This document shows positions 1-12,573 of a stretch of 64,000 nucleotides of DNA, one piece after another. Positions within the stretch are counted from its first letter, which is position 1. The number at the start of each line of letters is the position of its first letter. A program made the position numbers and the translations under genes. Location: contig CAWKDC010000001.1 in the NCBI GenBank assembly GCA_963848305.1, positions 1,440,001-1,504,000 of the forward strand. Direction: 5' to 3'. The DNA is from an uncultured Gammaproteobacteria bacterium (lineage in GTDB: Bacteria > Pseudomonadota > Gammaproteobacteria > JABCZS01). The notes under the pieces are model-generated. The model searched no databases, was not told where the DNA came from, and saw only the letters and a list, made by a program, of their open reading frames with translations.

Positions 1-480
1 GGCATCCTGCACTGGTATTTCATCCCACTGTTTCCGCTTTGTGTGATTCACTGGGTTTCCGCAATGGCTGAAACCAATCGTGCCCCATTCGATTTGGCTG
101 AAGGCGAATCTGAAATCGTGGCAGGCTTCCACGTGGAATATGCGGGCATGGCATTTGCGGTATTTTTTCTTGCTGAATATGCAAACATGATTTTAATGGC
201 AGTGCTCGCGTCAATATTTTATTTGGGTGGGTGGCACTCACCTTTTGAAGGGATTCCCTTGCTAGCCCAAGCGACTGCTTGGGTGCCCGGGATTGTTTGG
301 CTGATGGCCAAGACAGGCTTTTTCTTATTCCTCTATTTGTGGATACGCGCAACATTCCCGCGCTTTCGTTATGATCAACTCATGCGTTTGGGTTGGAAAA
401 TTTTTATTCCTGCCACACTTGTGTGGATTGTGGTATTGGCGGTGATGGTGTCGATGAAACTTCCCCCTTGGTTTGTATGA
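1..480 (+). CDS. nuoH: NADH-quinone oxidoreductase subunit H (5'-partial)
   Basis: Frame open from base 1; [16 protein letters not shown] and [15 protein letters not shown] motifs; precedes nuoI. Confidence 0.96.
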   Translation, partial: GILHWYFIPLFPLCVIHWVSAMAETNRAPFDLAEGESEIVAGFHVEYAGMAFAVFFLAEYANMILMAVLASIFYLGGWHSPFEGIPLLAQATAWVPGIVWLMAKTGFFLFLYLWIRATFPRFRYDQLMRLGWKIFIPATLVWIVVLAVMVSMKLPPWFV

Positions 481-487
481 GGATGAC

Positions 488-976
488 ATGGATAAACTGA
501 AGCATTTTTTCAAAACATTTTTCTTGTGGGAGCTTTTGCAGGGCATGTCTGTCACAGGGCGGCATTTATTCAGCCGAAAAATCACATTGATGTATCCCGA
601 ACAAAAAACACCTAAATCCGTACGCTTTCGTGGTTTGCATGCGTTGCGCCGATATCCCAACGGTGAAGAACGTTGCATTGCGTGTAAACTGTGCGAGGCA
701 GTCTGCCCTGCTTTGGCGATCACGATTGAATCAGCTCCCAGGGCGGATGGCACCCGCCGCACAACGCGGTATGACATCGATTTGTTCAAATGTATTTATT
801 GCGGATTTTGTGAAGAATCTTGTCCTGTCGATTCTATCGTTGAAACAGGTATTTCTGAATATGCATTTGAAAACCGCAGCGAGTCGATTCTGACCAAACC
901 ACAATTGCTGGCTATCGGCGATAAATACGAATTACAGTTAGCGGATGAACGCGCACAAGATGCGCCCTATCGCTAG
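488..976 (+). CDS. nuoI: NADH-quinone oxidoreductase subunit I
   Basis: Two CxxCxxCxxxCP ferredoxin motifs and [17 protein letters not shown]; start taken at ATG 488 after GAGG. Confidence 0.97.
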   Translation: MDKLKHFFKTFFLWELLQGMSVTGRHLFSRKITLMYPEQKTPKSVRFRGLHALRRYPNGEERCIACKLCEAVCPALAITIESAPRADGTRRTTRYDIDLFKCIYCGFCEESCPVDSIVETGISEYAFENRSESILTKPQLLAIGDKYELQLADERAQDAPYR

Positions 977-995
977 GCATGGGGAACGACCATTT

Positions 996-1023
996 GTAGG
1001 GGCGCAGCATGCTGCCCCCCTAC
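996..1023. repeat. GTAG-type REP-like palindrome inside the nuo operon
   Basis: GTAGGGGCGCAGCATGCTGCCCCCCTAC; close relative at 57863-57890. Confidence 0.75.
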
Positions 1024-1092
1024 ACGTTAGGCTTGTTCTGCGAAGCAGAACATGGGGTTTTTGAGATATAGGTAACTTGGGAAATAGAAGGC

Positions 1093-1689
1093 ATGCAAAT
1101 CGATTTTATCAAACTGATTTTCTACGCATTCAGCGCCGTTGCAATCTTTGGCGCTGGGATGGTGGTGTTTTCTCGCCATGCAGTGCGATCCGTACTGTCA
1201 TTGGTACTGACGTTTACCGCAGTCGCTGGCCTGTGGATGTTATTGCAATCAGAATTTTTGGCACTGACCCTGATTTTAGTGTATGTCGGAGCCGTCATGG
1301 TCTTGTTCCTCTTCGTGGTCATGATGTTGAAGATGAGTGCTGATCCGCTGAACGAAGGATTTGCGCGTTATTTACCCGTGGGCATATTATTGGCGGTGTG
1401 TTTGATTGGGCAAATCATTTGGATGTTTGGGAAAGATACAATCATGCAATCATTGAATGTTTTGCCCGTCATGCCGCTGGATTACAGCAATATCACTGTG
1501 CTCGGCAATGCTTTGTATACAGAATATTTATATCCATTTGAAATTGCGGGCGTGATTTTAACGGTTGCCATCATTGCGGCCATTGGTTTGTCGGCGCGTG
1601 GACCGCGCCAGCGTAAGGTTCAAGATGTCAGTGCGCAAATTGCGACGAAAAAATCTGACAGACTGACCGTATTGAAAGGGGTAAAATGA
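1093..1689 (+). CDS. nuoJ: NADH-quinone oxidoreductase subunit J
   Basis: [18 protein letters not shown] and [10 protein letters not shown] motifs; operon order. Confidence 0.96.
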   Translation: MQIDFIKLIFYAFSAVAIFGAGMVVFSRHAVRSVLSLVLTFTAVAGLWMLLQSEFLALTLILVYVGAVMVLFLFVVMMLKMSADPLNEGFARYLPVGILLAVCLIGQIIWMFGKDTIMQSLNVLPVMPLDYSNITVLGNALYTEYLYPFEIAGVILTVAIIAAIGLSARGPRQRKVQDVSAQIATKKSDRLTVLKGVK

Positions 1690-1994
1690 TGTTGGGGATC
1701 CATGATTATTTAATCATTTCAAGTATACTGTTTGGCTTTGCCGCATTTGGGATTGCCATTAACCGCAAAAACCTGATCAATTTATTGATGTGCATTGAAT
1801 TGATGTTGCTCGCAGTGAATACAAATTTTGTGGCATTTTCTCGCTTCCTCGATCAGAGTACAGGTGAAGTATTTGTGTTTTTCATTTTAACGGTGGCTGC
1901 CGCAGAGGCGGCGATTGGGTTGGCGATTTTAGTGGTTCTTTTCAGAGAACGGCAAACGATCAATGTTGAAGCCTTGAATCGGCTGAAGGGGTAG
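1686..1994 (+). CDS. nuoK: NADH-quinone oxidoreductase subunit K
   Basis: [12 protein letters not shown] and [12 protein letters not shown] motifs. Confidence 0.97.
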   Translation: MMLGIHDYLIISSILFGFAAFGIAINRKNLINLLMCIELMLLAVNTNFVAFSRFLDQSTGEVFVFFILTVAAAEAAIGLAILVVLFRERQTINVEALNRLKG

Positions 1995-1997
1995 GGC

Positions 1998-3944
1998 ATG
2001 CTGAAACTGTTATGTTTATGGGTAGTGTTGTTTCCCTTGATTGGTTCGCTCATCACGGGTTTGTTTGTGCGCGTTATTCCGCGTGCAGCTGCGCATTGGG
2101 TCACGTCAACGGGTGTCGCATTGTCATTCTTATGTAGTTTGGCGGCGCTTTATATTTACGTGCAAACATCCATTCCCACGACGTTTGTCCTATATGAATG
2201 GGGACAAATGGCAGGGGTTCCCTTGCATATTGGCTTTCAAATAGATGGGCTGACCTTATTGATGATGAATGTTGTGACATTCATTTCCTTGATGGTTCAC
2301 ATTTATACGATCGGTTATATGAGTGATGATCCAGGTTATCAGCGCTTTTTTTCGTATATTTCTCTGTTCACATTTTCAATGTTGACACTCGTCATGTCTG
2401 ATAATTTCCTTCAATTATTTTTTGGATGGGAAGCCGTGGGGTTGGTGTCTTATTTGTTGATTGGTTTTTGGTTCAAGCGTCCAAGTGCTGTGTATGCAAA
2501 CATGAAAGCCTTTTTGGTCAATCGCGTCGGCGATTTGGGTTTTCTATTAGGCATTGCAGGTATTTTCGCCGTATTTGGGTCTTTGAATTATCAGGATGTG
2601 TTTTCGAACTTGTCATTGCTGACGGACAAACCTGCACTCACCACCGGGATCTGCATTTTGTTATTTATCGGTGCAATGGGTAAATCAGCGCAAGTGCCAT
2701 TGCATGTTTGGTTGCCTGATTCCATGGAAGGTCCTACGCCCATTTCAGCATTGATTCACGCGGCCACCATGGTAACTGCGGGTATCTTCATGGTCGCACG
2801 TTTATCGCCTTTATTTGAATTGAGTGAAGTGGCACGCAGTTTTATTTTAGTGATCGGTGCCACCACAGCGCTGTTCATGGGCTTTTTGGGTATTGTGCAA
2901 AATGATATTAAACGCATCATTGCTTATTCCACATTGTCTCAATTGGGATATATGGTGGTTGCCTTGGGCGCTTCGGCATATGCCGCGGGTATTTTTCATT
3001 TAATGACGCATGCGTTCTTCAAGGCGTTATTATTTTTAGGCGCTGGTTCAGTCATCATTGCCATGCATCATGAACAAGACATTCGCAAAATGGGCGGTTT
3101 GTGGCGCAAATTGCCGATCACTTATGTGACGATGTTGTTGGCGTCTCTCGCATTGGCAGGGCTGCCTCCCTTTTCTGGCTTCTACTCAAAAGATGTGATC
3201 ATTGAAGCCGTGTCTGCCGCGACCATTCCCGGTGCAACTTATGCAAAATGGGCAGTATTGATCGGTGTTTTCGTCACGGCGATGTATTCATTCCGCTTAT
3301 TGTTCTTGGTATTCCACACCAAGCCTCGCATGGATGCGCACACGGCGTCACATGTGCATGAATCGCCGCGCGTCGTGACCATTCCGCTGATATTGTTGGC
3401 GATCCCCTCTGTCGTGGTTGGGGGTATTTTAGCAGAGAATATTTTATTTTCATCCCATGGATTCTTGACAAACAGTATTCATGTCGATGCAGCAAATAAC
3501 GTATTGGGGATCGTGTCGCACCATTTTCATGGTGCACTGTCTTTCGCCATGCACGCCCCGTTGACAGTACCGTTCTGGTTGGCTGTTTCCGGTATTCTGG
3601 TGTCCTATTTGTGCTATGAACATTTTGTATCAATTCCAGCGTGGGTAGCGCAGCGTTTTTCTGTGATTTATCGCCTATTAAACAATAAATATGGTTTTGA
3701 TCAATTCAATGAGTGGTTCTTTGCAAAGGGGTCGATCAAGCTGGGCGATGCGTTCTGGCAAATCGGTGATGTGAAATGCATTGATGATACCTTGGTGAAT
3801 GGTTCAGCAAATGCCTTGGTACGCATGGGTGGCCGTTTACGCTATTTGCAATCGGGTATGTTAAACCAGTATGCATTTATTTTGTTGGTGGGTGTCGTCG
3901 TGTTTGTTACATGGATGTCCTATAGTCTTTTTATTGTTCAGTAA
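1998..3944 (+). CDS. nuoL: NADH-quinone oxidoreductase subunit L
   Basis: GKSAQVPLHVWLPDSMEGPTPISALIHAATMV; HAFFKALLFL. Confidence 0.97.
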   Translation: MLKLLCLWVVLFPLIGSLITGLFVRVIPRAAAHWVTSTGVALSFLCSLAALYIYVQTSIPTTFVLYEWGQMAGVPLHIGFQIDGLTLLMMNVVTFISLMVHIYTIGYMSDDPGYQRFFSYISLFTFSMLTLVMSDNFLQLFFGWEAVGLVSYLLIGFWFKRPSAVYANMKAFLVNRVGDLGFLLGIAGIFAVFGSLNYQDVFSNLSLLTDKPALTTGICILLFIGAMGKSAQVPLHVWLPDSMEGPTPISALIHAATMVTAGIFMVARLSPLFELSEVARSFILVIGATTALFMGFLGIVQNDIKRIIAYSTLSQLGYMVVALGASAYAAGIFHLMTHAFFKALLFLGAGSVIIAMHHEQDIRKMGGLWRKLPITYVTMLLASLALAGLPPFSGFYSKDVIIEAVSAATIPGATYAKWAVLIGVFVTAMYSFRLLFLVFHTKPRMDAHTASHVHESPRVVTIPLILLAIPSVVVGGILAENILFSSHGFLTNSIHVDAANNVLGIVSHHFHGALSFAMHAPLTVPFWLAVSGILVSYLCYEHFVSIPAWVAQRFSVIYRLLNNKYGFDQFNEWFFAKGSIKLGDAFWQIGDVKCIDDTLVNGSANALVRMGGRLRYLQSGMLNQYAFILLVGVVVFVTWMSYSLFIVQ

Positions 3945-3953
3945 GGGTGAGTC

Positions 3954-5483
3954 ATGTCTTTATGGCCATGGTTAAGTTTGTCAATTTGGGTCCCTATTGT
4001 GGGGGGTGTTTTCCTGCTGGCATTGTCGCGTGACAAAGCGCCGCAATGGATCAAATCGATTGCGTTAGGCATCAGCGTGCTGACGTTGGCCATCACCTGT
4101 GTGATAGCGTATTTATTCGACATGTCGAGCGCTGCTTTGCAATTGCAAGAGATTGTCCCATGGGTTAAATCATTTCGTATTGTTTACGCTTTGGGTGTCG
4201 ATGGGATTGCATTGCCTTTGATCATCTTGTCAGCATTTTGTACGGTGTTGGTGGTGCTAGCAGGCTGGCGTGTGATTGAAACTCGTGTGGCTCAATATTA
4301 CAGCGCCTTCTTGATCTTACAAGGATTGATGACAGGCGCATTTTTGGCCACAGATGCCATGTTGTTCTATATTTTCTGGGAAGCTTTGTTGATCCCGATG
4401 TTTTTAATCATTGGTATTTGGGGCGGCTCACGCCGGGTGTATGCGACGATTAAATTCTTTTTATACACTTTTTTGGGCTCCATTTTCATGCTCGTCGCAT
4501 TGATTTATTTGTATTTTCAAGCGGGCGGCAGTTTCACGATCATGGATTTTTACGCACTTGATTTGTCTGATAAAGCGCAATTCTGGATATTCCTCGCATT
4601 CCTCGTTGCCTTTGCTGTTAAAGTACCCATGTTCCCCGTGCATACTTGGTTGCCTGATGCCCACGTGGAAGCGCCTACGGGCGGCTCTGTGATTTTGGCA
4701 GCCATCATGTTGAAGCTGGGTGGCTACGGTTTTCTGCGGTTTACATTGCCTATCACGCCTGAAGCCAGCTTGGCCATGGCTCAACCAATGATCATCGTAT
4801 CATTGATTGCGGTGGTGTACATTGGTTTCATTGCGATTGTTCAGCGTGACATGAAAAAGTTGATTGCCTATTCATCCATCGCACACATGGGTTTCGCGAC
4901 ATTGGGTATTTTTATCGCTGCCCCCTTAATTGTGGCGGGCAATATGTTACAAGCACGCATTGGTTTAGAAGGCGCGATGATACAAATGATTTCACACGGC
5001 TTGATTTCAAGCGCCCTCTTTTTATGTGTGGGCGTCTTATATGATCGTTTACACAGCCGCGATATCAAAGACTACGGTGGCGTGGCCAATGTCATGCCTG
5101 TCTTCACAGCATTCGCAGTCGTGTTTGCGATGGCCAATGTTGGCTTGCCAGGGACATCCGGTTTTATCGGTGAATTTTTTGTCGTGATTGCCAGCTTTAA
5201 ATTGAGTTTCGTCATTGCCCTATTGGCGGGGCTCACCTTATTGTTATCACCGGCTTATACGTTGTGGATGGTGCGCCGTGTGTTTTACGGAGAAGTGGTG
5301 CACGCCAATGTGGGCGCCCTTAAGGACATCGGCGCGCGTGAAACATTTTATTTAAGTCTGTTGGCTGTGGGTATCATTCTGTTAGGCGTTTGGCCAGAAC
5401 CCATATTGGATATGATGCGCGCATCATTATCACAATTGGCGCACAATTTATCGCTGGGTTTAGTCCCCACGGGAGGTATTTAA
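3954..5483 (+). CDS. nuoM: NADH-quinone oxidoreductase subunit M
   Basis: AVKVPMFPVHTWLPDAHVEAPTGGS motif. Confidence 0.97.
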   Translation: MSLWPWLSLSIWVPIVGGVFLLALSRDKAPQWIKSIALGISVLTLAITCVIAYLFDMSSAALQLQEIVPWVKSFRIVYALGVDGIALPLIILSAFCTVLVVLAGWRVIETRVAQYYSAFLILQGLMTGAFLATDAMLFYIFWEALLIPMFLIIGIWGGSRRVYATIKFFLYTFLGSIFMLVALIYLYFQAGGSFTIMDFYALDLSDKAQFWIFLAFLVAFAVKVPMFPVHTWLPDAHVEAPTGGSVILAAIMLKLGGYGFLRFTLPITPEASLAMAQPMIIVSLIAVVYIGFIAIVQRDMKKLIAYSSIAHMGFATLGIFIAAPLIVAGNMLQARIGLEGAMIQMISHGLISSALFLCVGVLYDRLHSRDIKDYGGVANVMPVFTAFAVVFAMANVGLPGTSGFIGEFFVVIASFKLSFVIALLAGLTLLLSPAYTLWMVRRVFYGEVVHANVGALKDIGARETFYLSLLAVGIILLGVWPEPILDMMRASLSQLAHNLSLGLVPTGGI

Positions 5484-6896
5484 ATGAACATGACCGAATG
5501 GCTTGGGATTTCGCCTGAAATCATTTTACTGATAATGTCTTTTGTGGTGATGTTTGCCCATTTGTTTTGCAAGCCATCGCATGAAGCACAAGTGACCTAT
5601 GTTTTGTCGCAAGCAGGCCTGCTCGCAGCATTTTGTGCAGCGATTAAAACATGGACGATGGACGGCGTGATCATGGGTGGTCATGTGGTCATGTCATCAT
5701 TTTCAGCGTTGCTGAAAATGGGTGTGTTTGTCACCGTATTATTTGTGTTTGCTTATGCAAAAAGCTATTTCAATCATGACAGTAAAAGGGCTTCTGAATA
5801 CTATATGTTAGGCTTGTTTTCAGTGATGGGCATGTGCATCATGATTTCGGCCGGCACTATGTTGTCGCTTTATTTGGGCTTGGAATTACTATCATTGCCA
5901 TTATACGCGATGGTCGCGATCGTTCCTTCACGTGATCTTGGCGTTGAGGCTTCCATGAAATATTTTGTGATGGGTGCATTGGCATCGGGCATGTTATTGT
6001 TCGGGATGTCGTTGGTGTATGGCAGTACAGGCACGCTTGATTTGGTGTCGATCGCAGCGGAAATGCCGACGGCATCGCATACATTATTGATCGTCGGTTT
6101 GGTGTTTATTGTGGTGGGTATTGCGTTTAAATTTGGTGCAGTGCCTTTTCATTTATGGCTTCCCGATGTGTATCAAGGGGCTGCGCAACCCGTGGTATTA
6201 TTCATCGCCTGCGCGCCGAAAATCGCTGCGTTTGGCATGTTGGTGCGGCTGTTGTCCGATCTGTTTGGACATTACGCATTTGAATGGCAAGGGTTCATGC
6301 TGGTGATGGCGGTATTGTCGTTGATATTAGGGAATATCACTGCATTAGTGCAACGGAATATCAAACGGATGCTCGGTTATTCAGCTATTGCGCATGTGGG
6401 TTTTATTTTCCTGGCCGTTTATGCAAGCGCATTTCCCACCGCGCTTTATTATGTTTTCACTTATGTGTTAATGACAGCGGCAGCGTTTGGCGTGTTGGTG
6501 ATACTGTCGCATGTGGGTGCAGATATCCAACAGATAGATGATTTAAAAGGCTTGAGTAAGCGTAATCCTTGGGTTGCCTTCATGATACTGCTGATATTTT
6601 TCTCCTTGGCAGGCGTGCCCCCGACCATTGGCTTTTACGCGAAATTGTCCGTATTAATGGCTCTGGTGAACGATGGGGCGTTGTCTCTCGCGATTCTAGG
6701 ATTGTTGATGTCTGTCGTAGGCGCATTTTACTATTTGCGTATCATCAAAGTGATGTATTTTGATGCTGCGACGGAAGCCCCGTTCAGCATACCTAAGGTG
6801 TCAGGCGCGCTACTAAGCTTGAACGCGGTAGCGACTTAGGCCTTGGGCGTGACGCCTGGGTTGTTGATGGGATTATGCTTGGCCGTCATGCCATAG
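5484..6896 (+). CDS. nuoN: NADH-quinone oxidoreductase subunit N (in-frame TAG at 6837-6839; last TM helix continues to 6896)
   Basis: FKFGAVPFHLWLPDVYQGA; past the TAG the same frame reads ALGVTPGLLMGLCLAVMP*, resembling the usual NuoN C-terminal helix. Confidence 0.93.
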
Positions 6897-6911
6897 ATTG
6901 GCAGGGAATAT

Positions 6912-6994
6912 TACCGAGGAGAGGACTCGAACCTCCACGGGCAAAGCCCACGAACACCTGAAGCTCGCGTGTCTACCAATTCCACCACCCCGGC
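6912..6994 (-). tRNA. tRNA-Leu(CAG), CCA not encoded
   Basis: Minus strand GCCGGGGTGGTGGAATTGGTAGACACGCGAGCTTCAGGTGTTCG...GGTTCGAGTCCTCTCCTCGGTA; long variable arm; anticodon CAG. Confidence 0.93.
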
Positions 6995-7208
6995 AATGGG
7001 GACGATTTTAAGCCTTTTCATCAGATTGTGCAAGGGGTGCTTCTTAATCTTCGCCCCCTTTGAACGGGGCAGGCTGCGAGGCATAGATGTCATATGTCCC
7101 TAAAACATTCATTGAAATGTCCATATAAATCATCACTGACATAGGTCAAAAAACCCATTTTACTTTTCCTCCCTCCCGTCGATAAGAGAAAGGCAATGGG
7201 AGAGAAGC

Positions 7209-7601
7209 ATGATGAACAACAGTGAACCTTTTAAAATTTGGCATGCCCAGGCATTATCAACCATAGATTATGATTATGGCAATGTGCCTATTCATTTATC
7301 AAAGGCGAAGATGCTGGCCAGTCATCTCCAGAAGGGCAAGCCCTGCTACTTGATGTTATACAGCGATTTATGCATTGAAATCGTCAATGTAGTTCGCGTC
7401 TTTCATGACATCATCACCATCGAGCGTGCGCAAAAAGGCACAAATGCAACATTGTGGCCTGCCGGCTCTTGCATCAGCGCAAAAATCAGCGCCAAGGTAT
7501 TGAAAGAACTCCATTTGGACAAAGATGCCTTTTTGAAAACCGATAATCGCGCCCGTGTCACGCCCGAGGGGGATGTCATTACCCTTTGTGTTAATAATTA
7601 A
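7209..7601 (+). CDS. Phage tail/structural-like protein (orphan)
   Basis: EIVNV...[19 protein letters not shown] resembles the EIV.V......LT+.R.QEGT.A..W.AG pattern I recall from phage tail-associated proteins. Confidence 0.6.
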   Translation: MMNNSEPFKIWHAQALSTIDYDYGNVPIHLSKAKMLASHLQKGKPCYLMLYSDLCIEIVNVVRVFHDIITIERAQKGTNATLWPAGSCISAKISAKVLKELHLDKDAFLKTDNRARVTPEGDVITLCVNN

Positions 7602-7714
7602 ATCCGCCTCGGCCCCTGTTTTCAGGGGACGCGGGCAAAAGATTTTTCCAAAATACAATATCGTTCCTCCTAAAAACCCGCTACAATAGGCCAGTTCAGA
7701 AGGAGGGTTTCGTT

Positions 7715-8854
7715 TTGCAAACACCAGCCGTGTTAGCTTTGGAAGATGGGCTTATTTTTCAAGGGATCGCTATTGGTTACCACGGGAGTACGTGTGGTGA
7801 GGTCGTATTCAATACTGCGATGACTGGCTATCAAGAAATTCTGTCTGATCCGTCTTATGCGGAACAAATCGTGACCTTAACTTATCCGCATATTGGCAAT
7901 ACGGGCACCAATGAAGAAGACAATGAATCTGGTGCAGTGTATGCTAAAGGGCTGGTCATCCGGGATTTATCAGGTGTCACCTCTAATTGGCGCAGCACGG
8001 CTTCCCTCTCAGATTATTTAACCTCGCGCAAGATTGTCGGCATCGCAGAACTGGATACCCGCGCGCTCACGCATCATTTGCGTACCCATGGCGCCAAGCG
8101 TGGCGCCATCGTGTGTGGAAACAATATCGATACAGCCGCTGCGGTGAATATGGCCAAAAATGCACGTGATTTAAAGGGTCTAGATCTCGCGAAGGAAGTC
8201 ACGTGCAAAGCGCCCTATGTATTTGAAGAAGGCACCTGGGATGCCACGCAAGCAGGTCAATTTCCTTTGCCCAAAAAATACAAAGTGGTGGTGATGGATT
8301 ATGGCGTGAAGCGCAATATTCTTCGGATTTTGGTTGATTTGGGTTGTGAAGTGCACGTATTGCCAGCCCAATCTTCCCTCGACACGGTATTGTCATATCA
8401 TCCTGACGGCGTGGTATTTTCAAATGGCCCAGGCGATCCTGAACCTTGCGATTATGCAATCCAATTGATCCAAGATCTGATTGCAAAACATATGCCGATC
8501 TATGGCATTTGTTTAGGGCACCAATTGTTGGGCTTGGCGATGGGCGCGCGCACGTATAAAATGGCGTTCGGACACCACGGGGCAAATCATCCCGTGGTCG
8601 ATCTTGACACCGGCAAAGTGTGGACAACCTCACAAAATCATGGTTTTGCCATTCAAGATGATGCATTGCCGCCCGACGTAGTGGTCACCCACCGCAGTTT
8701 ATTTGATCAATCGATACAAGGCATACGCTTGAAACATAAACCCGCTTACAGTTTTCAAGGACATCCTGAAGCCAGTCCCGGGCCGCACGATGCGCTGGGC
8801 TTGTTCAAACCTTTTCTGAAAGACATGGAGCATCACCGTGCCGAAACGCGATAA
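7715..8854 (+). CDS. carA: Carbamoyl-phosphate synthase small chain
   Basis: [38 protein letters not shown]. Confidence 0.97.
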   Translation: MQTPAVLALEDGLIFQGIAIGYHGSTCGEVVFNTAMTGYQEILSDPSYAEQIVTLTYPHIGNTGTNEEDNESGAVYAKGLVIRDLSGVTSNWRSTASLSDYLTSRKIVGIAELDTRALTHHLRTHGAKRGAIVCGNNIDTAAAVNMAKNARDLKGLDLAKEVTCKAPYVFEEGTWDATQAGQFPLPKKYKVVVMDYGVKRNILRILVDLGCEVHVLPAQSSLDTVLSYHPDGVVFSNGPGDPEPCDYAIQLIQDLIAKHMPIYGICLGHQLLGLAMGARTYKMAFGHHGANHPVVDLDTGKVWTTSQNHGFAIQDDALPPDVVVTHRSLFDQSIQGIRLKHKPAYSFQGHPEASPGPHDALGLFKPFLKDMEHHRAETR

Positions 8855-11800
8855 CATTCGGTCTATTTTAATATTAGGTGCCGGGCCAGATCATCATTGG
8901 CCAAGCGTGTGAATTTGATTATTCAGGCGCACAAGCCTGTGCCGCATTGAAAGAAGAAGGGTATCGGGTGATATTCGTGAATTCTAATCCTGCCACTATC
9001 ATGACAGATCCACAATATGCAGATGCCACTTATATAGAAGCTCTAGACTGGCGTGAAGTCGCTAAAATCATCGAAAAAGAACGGCCTGATGCGTTACTGC
9101 CGACCATGGGCGGCCAAACCGCGTTGAATTGTGCTTTAGATTTAGCGAAAAAAGGCATTTTGGAAAAATACAATGTCGAATTGATTGGAGCGACTCGCGA
9201 AGCGATTGATAAAGCAGAAGATCGCGAAAAATTTCGTCAAGCCATGCACCGTATTGGTCTTGAGACGCCTCATTCAGCAATTGCTCACAGCTTAGAAGAA
9301 GCTAAACAAGTTCAAGTGAGATTTGGTTATCCTGTGATCATTCGACCCTCATTTACCATGGGAGGAAGCGGCGGAGGAATTGCATACAATCAAGAAGAAT
9401 TTGCCGAAATATGCGCACGCGGTTTAGATTTATCGCCCACACATGAGTTATTGATTGAAGAATCCATTATTGGGTGGAAAGAATATGAAATGGAAGTGGT
9501 GCGTGATAGAAATGATAATTGTATTATCGTCTGCGCCATTGAGAATGTTGATCCCATGGGTGTTCACACAGGCGATTCGATCACGGTTGCGCCGGCACAA
9601 ACCCTGACAGATAAAGAATATCAACGCATGCGTAATGCATCGATTGCGGTATTACGTGAAATTGGGGTTGAAACGGGCGGGTCAAATGTGCAATTTGCGA
9701 TTGTGTCCCAAGTCAGGTCGTCTTGTGGTGATTGAAATGAATCCACGTGTGTCACGCTCATCCGCATTGGCATCCAAAGCGACAGGTTTTCCAATTGCTA
9801 AAATCGCGGCAAAATTGGCTGTTGGTTATACATTGGATGAATTGAAAAATGAAATCACTGGGGGCGCAACACCTGCATCATTTGAGCCATCGATCGATTA
9901 TGTGGTGACTAAAATTCCGCGCTTTAATTTTGAAAAATTCCCTCAAGCTTCTTCACGTCTAACCACACAAATGAAATCCGTCGGTGAGGTGATGGCGATT
10001 GGGCGCACATTCAAAGAATCGGTTCAAAAAGCCCTGCGTGGTTTGGAAATTGGTATTTCAGGTTTTGATCCGAAGGTTAATGCAGAAGATCCCAATGTCT
10101 ATGATTTATTGCGTTCTGAAATTTCTATTCCTGGACCTGAACGTTTGCGTTATATCGCTGATGCATTTCGTTTGGGTTATTCATTGGCAGAAGTGAAGCA
10201 ATGGTCCCAAATGGATCCTTGGTTCTTAACGCAAATTGAAGCACTCATGCTCACAGAAGCAGAAATGGCACGCACTGCTTGGGGTGATATCACGGCAGAA
10301 AAAATGTTTGCGTGGAAACGAGATGGTTTTTCTGATCATCGAATATCCGCAATATTAAAAGTGAGCGAGCAATCCGTTCGCGAATTGCGCAATCGTTTTA
10401 ACATTCATCCCGTTTATAAACGAGTCGATACTTGCGCCGGCGAATTTGCGACACAAACCGCCTATCTTTATTCCACCTATGAACGTTTCTGTGAAGCAAA
10501 ACCGACGGATAAAGAAAAAATCATGGTGTTGGGCGGTGGGCCTAATCGCATCGGGCAGGGAATCGAATTTGATTATTGTTGCGTTCATGCAGCCCTTGCT
10601 ATTCGTGAATGTGGGTATGAAGCCATCATGGTGAATTGCAATCCTGAAACGGTATCAACGGATTATAATATTTCTGATCGTCTTTATTTTGAACCTCTCA
10701 CTTTGGAAGATGTATTGGAAATTGTGCGCATCGAAAAACCCAAAGGTGTTGTCGTTCAATATGGTGGTCAAACACCATTGAAATTAGCAAAAGCATTGGA
10801 AGAAGCGGGCGTGCCTATTATTGGCACATCACCAGATGCCATTGATTGCGCCGAAGATCGCGAACGATTCAGTGCATTGTTACGTGAATTGGGTTTAAAA
10901 CAACCAGCAAATTGCACTGTGCGTACAGTCGCACAAGGGCTCGAAAAAGCGCAAGATATTGGTTATCCATTGGTCGTTCGGCCTTCCTATGTATTGGGTG
11001 GGCGCGCGATGGAAATTGTGTATAACGATGCAGAACTGAAATTTTATTTGGAAAATGCTGTACAGCTCGGTCACGATTCTCCCGTATTATTAGATCGTTT
11101 CTTGGATGATGCCGTAGAAGTCGATGTCGATGCCGTCTGTGATGGGAAAGATGTCATGATTTGTGGCATCATGGAGCATATTGAGCAAGCAGGTATTCAT
11201 TCGGGAGATTCAGCCTGCACGTTGCCTCCTCATCAGCTCAGTGAATCTGTACAAAAAGCCTTGCGCGATAGCATGACCCGTATGTCTAAAGCATTAAATG
11301 TGATTGGGTTGGTGAATGCGCAATTTGCGATTCAACGCGATGAGATTTATGTGCTTGAAGTGAACCCCCGTGCTTCTCGTACAGTACCATTTGTGGCAAA
11401 GGCAACGGGTGTGCCTCTCGCTAAAATCGGCGTGCGCTGCATGTTAGGTATTCCTTTGTCGAAACAATCTGATGCACGTATGCCTAAACTGGATTATTTT
11501 GCAGTGAAAGCCCCTGTTTTCCCCTTTGATAAATTCCAGAATGTGGATCCTATTCTAGGGCCTGAAATGAAGTCAACGGGCGAAGTCATGGGCGTTGGCC
11601 CGACCTTCGCACAAGCCTATGCGAAAGCGCAACTCGCGATTGGTCAGGATTTAAACCCCGGTGGTAAAGCGTTTATCAGCGTGCGTGATGCAGATAAGCC
11701 AGGTGCAATCAACCTTGCTGCACAACTTATTCAACTGGGTTTTGAATTGGTTGCCACGCGCGGTACAGCAGATACATTGCGTGCCGCGGGTGTGCCTTGT

Positions 11801-12052
11801 GAAACCGTGAAAAAAGTGGCGGAAGGTCGTCCTCACGTGGTTGACATGATTAAAAACGGTGAGATTGAATTTATTGTGAATACCACAGAGGGTAAACAAG
11901 CGATTGCGGATTCTTTTGCCATCCGCCGCAGTGCATTGCAATCGAAAATCAAATATACTACGACATTGGCGGGCGGGTTTGCTGCAGCCAGTGCCTTTGC
12001 TTGTGATAAGCAATGGCAAGTTGTTCCTCTTCAAATTTTACACAACAGGTGA
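8838..12052 (+). CDS. carB: Carbamoyl-phosphate synthase large chain, two apparent +1 indels (~8888 and ~9703)
   Basis: GTG 8838 gives [17 protein letters not shown]; then [12 protein letters not shown] in a second frame; after NVQFAI a third frame gives [20 protein letters not shown]; MGS domain at the end. Confidence 0.95.
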
Positions 12053-12055
12053 GAA

Positions 12056-12532
12056 ATGGTACGTATTCCCGTAACCCCCGAGGGACAGAAGGCTATGCAG
12101 GAAGAATTGGATTTTTTGAAAAAGGTCGAGCGTCCTCGCATCATTGAGGCGATCAAAACAGCGCGAGAATTAGGCGACTTGAAAGAAAATGCTGAATACC
12201 ATGAAGCGAAACGTGAACAATCGCACATTGAAGGCCGCATTCAATATTTGGAAGGTACCTTGTCAAATTGCCAAGTCATTGATGTCACGAAATTAAATGC
12301 AACTGGCCGCGTGGTTTTTGGTTGCACTGTGACGATCATGAATCTGTCGAATGAAGAGGAAGTGACCTATAAATTAGTCGGCGAAGATGAAGCAGATATC
12401 AGGAAAAATAAATTGTCTGTTTCTTCTCCCATTGCGCATGCTTTGATTGGGAAAGAAGAGGGCGACGAAGTCACGGTTCAAACCCCGAGTGGCTTGTTGA
12501 AATATGAAATCATTGAAGTGAAATATTTGTAA
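12056..12532 (+). CDS. greA: Transcription elongation factor GreA
   Basis: [23 protein letters not shown]; follows carB. Confidence 0.97.
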   Translation: MVRIPVTPEGQKAMQEELDFLKKVERPRIIEAIKTARELGDLKENAEYHEAKREQSHIEGRIQYLEGTLSNCQVIDVTKLNATGRVVFGCTVTIMNLSNEEEVTYKLVGEDEADIRKNKLSVSSPIAHALIGKEEGDEVTVQTPSGLLKYEIIEVKYL

Positions 12533-12573
12533 CGTCATGACGAAATTTATACCATTATCAAGGATTGAATCAC

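Noticed and set aside
6837-6839. TAG recoding, pyrrolysine or an alternative genetic code in nuoN
   Set aside because: Single case; TAG is an ordinary stop in nuoI, nuoK, mutS and others; a one-base change from TTG suffices
6912-7700. Prophage at tRNA-Leu
   Set aside because: No integrase, no duplicated tRNA 3' end seen, and only one phage-like gene
8838-12052. Programmed frameshifting or a naturally split carB
   Set aside because: No slippery sequence or stimulatory structure seen; breaks fall inside conserved motifs; similar indels occur in unrelated genes
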